Origin: an uncultured Chthonomonadaceae bacterium
GTDB taxonomy: Bacteria > Armatimonadota > Chthonomonadetes > Chthonomonadales > Chthonomonadaceae
Reading direction: 5' to 3'
Assembly (NCBI GenBank): GCA_963835065.1
Contig: CAWIEK010000006.1
Span: 1 to 30,652 of the forward strand
DNA: 30,652 bases
This document shows, one piece after another, positions 28,700 to 30,652 of the stretch; within the stretch, counting starts at the first letter, position 1; each line of letters begins with the position of its first letter. The translations under genes and the position numbers were made by a program. The notes beneath the pieces are model-generated. The model did no database searches. It saw nothing but the letters and a program-made list of their open reading frames with translations, and was not told where the DNA came from.

Positions 28700-29158
28700 T
28701 TATGCTGCTTTCTGCCTGTCAGCGCGGATGTGGCGCAGGGTGGCGAGTTCATCCAGTGTTTCCTGCTCCAGCTTTTGCGTTTGTTCCGTGTGCAGAACAA
28801 GGTCTTTGTCGCGCAGTTGCGACACGGCTTCCCGCGCCTGCCGCGCTATGAGCATTTCCTGCCGCTTTTCTTCCACGACAATCTGCGCGGCTTCCACGCG
28901 CCGCGTCTGCTGTTCCATGCCCGCCTGCAGCGCTTGCAAATACCGCTCCCGGTCAAAAATAAGATGCGCGTCGAACGGCTCTCCCGTTTTGCCCGGACGC
29001 CCGGAAACAATACGCGCAAACTCGTCCTGCATTCCCATCAAGCGGGCTTGCAGCGTCTGCCAATGCCCCTGCGCATTCGCAAATTCCTGTTCGCGCAGGC
29101 TTTCCAGCGTTGCGCGATGCCGCAGAACGGTTTCCAATCGAAAGGTGAAACGGCGCAT
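28700..29158 (-). CDS. fliJ: Flagellar export protein FliJ
   Basis: MRRFTFRLETVLRHR start, coiled coil, EQETLDELA end, 152 aa, directly downstream of fliI. Confidence 0.9.
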   Translation of the reverse strand: MRRFTFRLETVLRHRATLESLREQEFANAQGHWQTLQARLMGMQDEFARIVSGRPGKTGEPFDAHLIFDRERYLQALQAGMEQQTRRVEAAQIVVEEKRQEMLIARQAREAVSQLRDKDLVLHTEQTQKLEQETLDELATLRHIRADRQKAA

Positions 29159-29172
29159 GGCGCTCCGGGGAA

Positions 29173-29280
29173 GGTTTCAGGTTTCAGGTGTCAGGAAAAA
29201 CCTTTCAACTGTTTTCATGCTTTACAGCACAAGGTAGAGGAGCAGGCGCTTCCTGACACCTGAACCTGAAACCTGAAACC
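29173..29280. repeat. Inverted repeat built of GGTTTCA heptamers, 52-bp loop
   Basis: ggtttcaggtttcaggtgtcaggaa (29173-29197) vs ttcctgacacctgaacctgaaacctgaaacc (29250-29280). Confidence 0.88.
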
Positions 29281-30651
29281 TAATTGGTGAATTGCGTCAG
29301 CAGCGCCCGCAGCGTGTCCATGTACGAACTGGGCGCGTCGGCGGGCTGGCGCAGGAAAGCGTTGGCCTGGTCAATTTTGGCTTTGGCGCGGTCAATGCGG
29401 GGGTTCGTGCCGTCCACATACGCGCCGATGTTGATCAGGTCTTCCGCCTGCTTGTAGGTGGCGAGAATATCGCGCAGGCTGTCCGCCGCGTGGCGCTGTT
29501 CGGGCGCGGTGATTGCGGCATGACGCGGCTGATGCTTTGCAGCACGTCGATCGCCGGATAATGGCCCCGGTGCGCCAGATGGCGCGAAAGGACAATATGC
29601 CCGTCCAGAATACCGCGCACCGCATCGGCAACGGGTTCGTTCATATCGTCGCCTTCGACAAGCACCGTATACAGGCCCGTAATGCTTCCCGGCCCGGTTC
29701 CCGACGTGCCCGCGCGTTCCAGCAGGCGCGGCAGCATGGCGAACACGCTGGGCGTATAGCCCCGCGTGGCGGGCGGTTCGCCAATGGCTAAACCGACTTC
29801 GCGCTGCGCCATCGCGAGGCGGGTGACGGAGTCCATCATCAGCATCACGTCGGCGCCCCGGTCCCGAAAATATTCGGCAATGGCGGTGGCGACAAGCGCG
29901 GCTTTGATACGCACAAGGGCGGGCTGATCCGAAGTGGCGACCACGACAACCGAGCGCTGTACGCCCTCAATCCCCAGACTCTCCTCGACAAAATCCCGCA
30001 CTTCGCGCCCGCGTTCGCCGACAAGCGCGATCACATTGACATCCGCGGTGGAACTGCGGGCGATCATGCCCATCAGCGTGGATTTGCCGACGCCCGAACC
30101 GGCGAAAATCCCATGCGCTGCCCTTGCCAATCGTCAGGCAGCCGTCCAGCGCGCGGACGCCGGTGGGCAGCGGTTCGGTGATGCGGGGGCGCGTGACGGC
30201 GTTCGGCGGCGGGCGATTGACCGGATAGATGGTTCGAGGTCGAGCGGCGGGCCGCCGTCCATCGGCTGGCCCAGGCCGTCCAGCATCCGGCCCAGCAGCG
30301 CGTCGCCCACCTGCACCTGCTGCGTTGCCGCGTGGCCACGACTTCGCTGCCCGGCTTGATTCCTTCCATCACGCCAAGCGGCATGAGCAGAACGCGGTTT
30401 TCCCGGAAGCCGACGACTTCGGCTTTGATCGGCGGCTTGTTCGGGTCGTAATGGTTGGCGCGGTCATAATAGATGTCGCAAATCTCGCCAAGCATGGCGT
30501 TCGGCCCGATGGATTCGATGACCAGCCCGATCACCTGCGTGACCTTGCCATTCTGCTTGACCAAATCGGTACGCAAAACGCGCTGCCGGAACCGATCCAG
30601 ATCAACGGCAGGAGGCACAATGACGGGAAAATCAAGAGAGGAAGCGTTCAT
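29280..30651 (-). CDS. fliI: Flagellar export ATPase FliI (several apparent frameshifts)
   Basis: [92 protein letters not shown]; stop TAG at 29280 after ..LLTQFTN. Confidence 0.93.
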
Positions 30652-30652
30652 A

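Noticed and set aside
29280..30651. fliI as a pseudogene
   Set aside because: All motifs are conserved and downstream flagellar genes are intact; clustered indels at the window end fit sequencing error better. Reads are needed to exclude decay.
29280..30651. Type III injectisome ATPase or F1 beta subunit
   Set aside because: Adjacent fliJ, SLT and MotE-like genes fit a flagellar operon.
1..30652. tRNA, rRNA, integrase or transposase genes marking island ends
   Set aside because: None recognisable by eye; island boundaries rest only on composition and gene content.

Overview
GC-rich bacterial chromosomal segment. PEP-CTERM protein, gene content and repeat style suggest a diderm soil bacterium such as Armatimonadota (inference only). 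Left to right: PEP-CTERM protein; PhyH-family dioxygenase; a lower-GC, frameshift-riddled island (~1.97-7.45 kb); PAS-PAS-GAF HisKA_2 kinase; MBL hydrolase; ssuE-ssuD; Mn catalase; a SARP/BTAD-degenerate cyclase-STAND-TPR regulator; cytochrome b plus sulfite-oxidase-family molybdoenzyme; ClC antiporter; MscS; Tat aldo/keto reductase; membrane alpha/beta hydrolase; and the end of a flagellar operon (fliI, fliJ, lytic transglycosylase, MotE-like). The ORF track fragments the island. Stitching frames by hand gives a two-gene operon on the minus strand (class III nucleotide cyclase-P-loop ATPase fusion with non-canonical base-specificity residues, then a GxxxG-repeat membrane protein-P-loop ATPase) and, divergently, a RelE-like small protein coupled to a minimal Shedu (DUF4263) nuclease. 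This putative defence island is the best candidate for an undescribed system. The window also carries 7/8-mer tandem arrays right after stop codons, some in long hairpins and some inside a coding sequence, and two REP-like families. Many frameshifts, including those in fliI, look like sequencing indels, so reconstructed genes and single-residue claims need confirmation.
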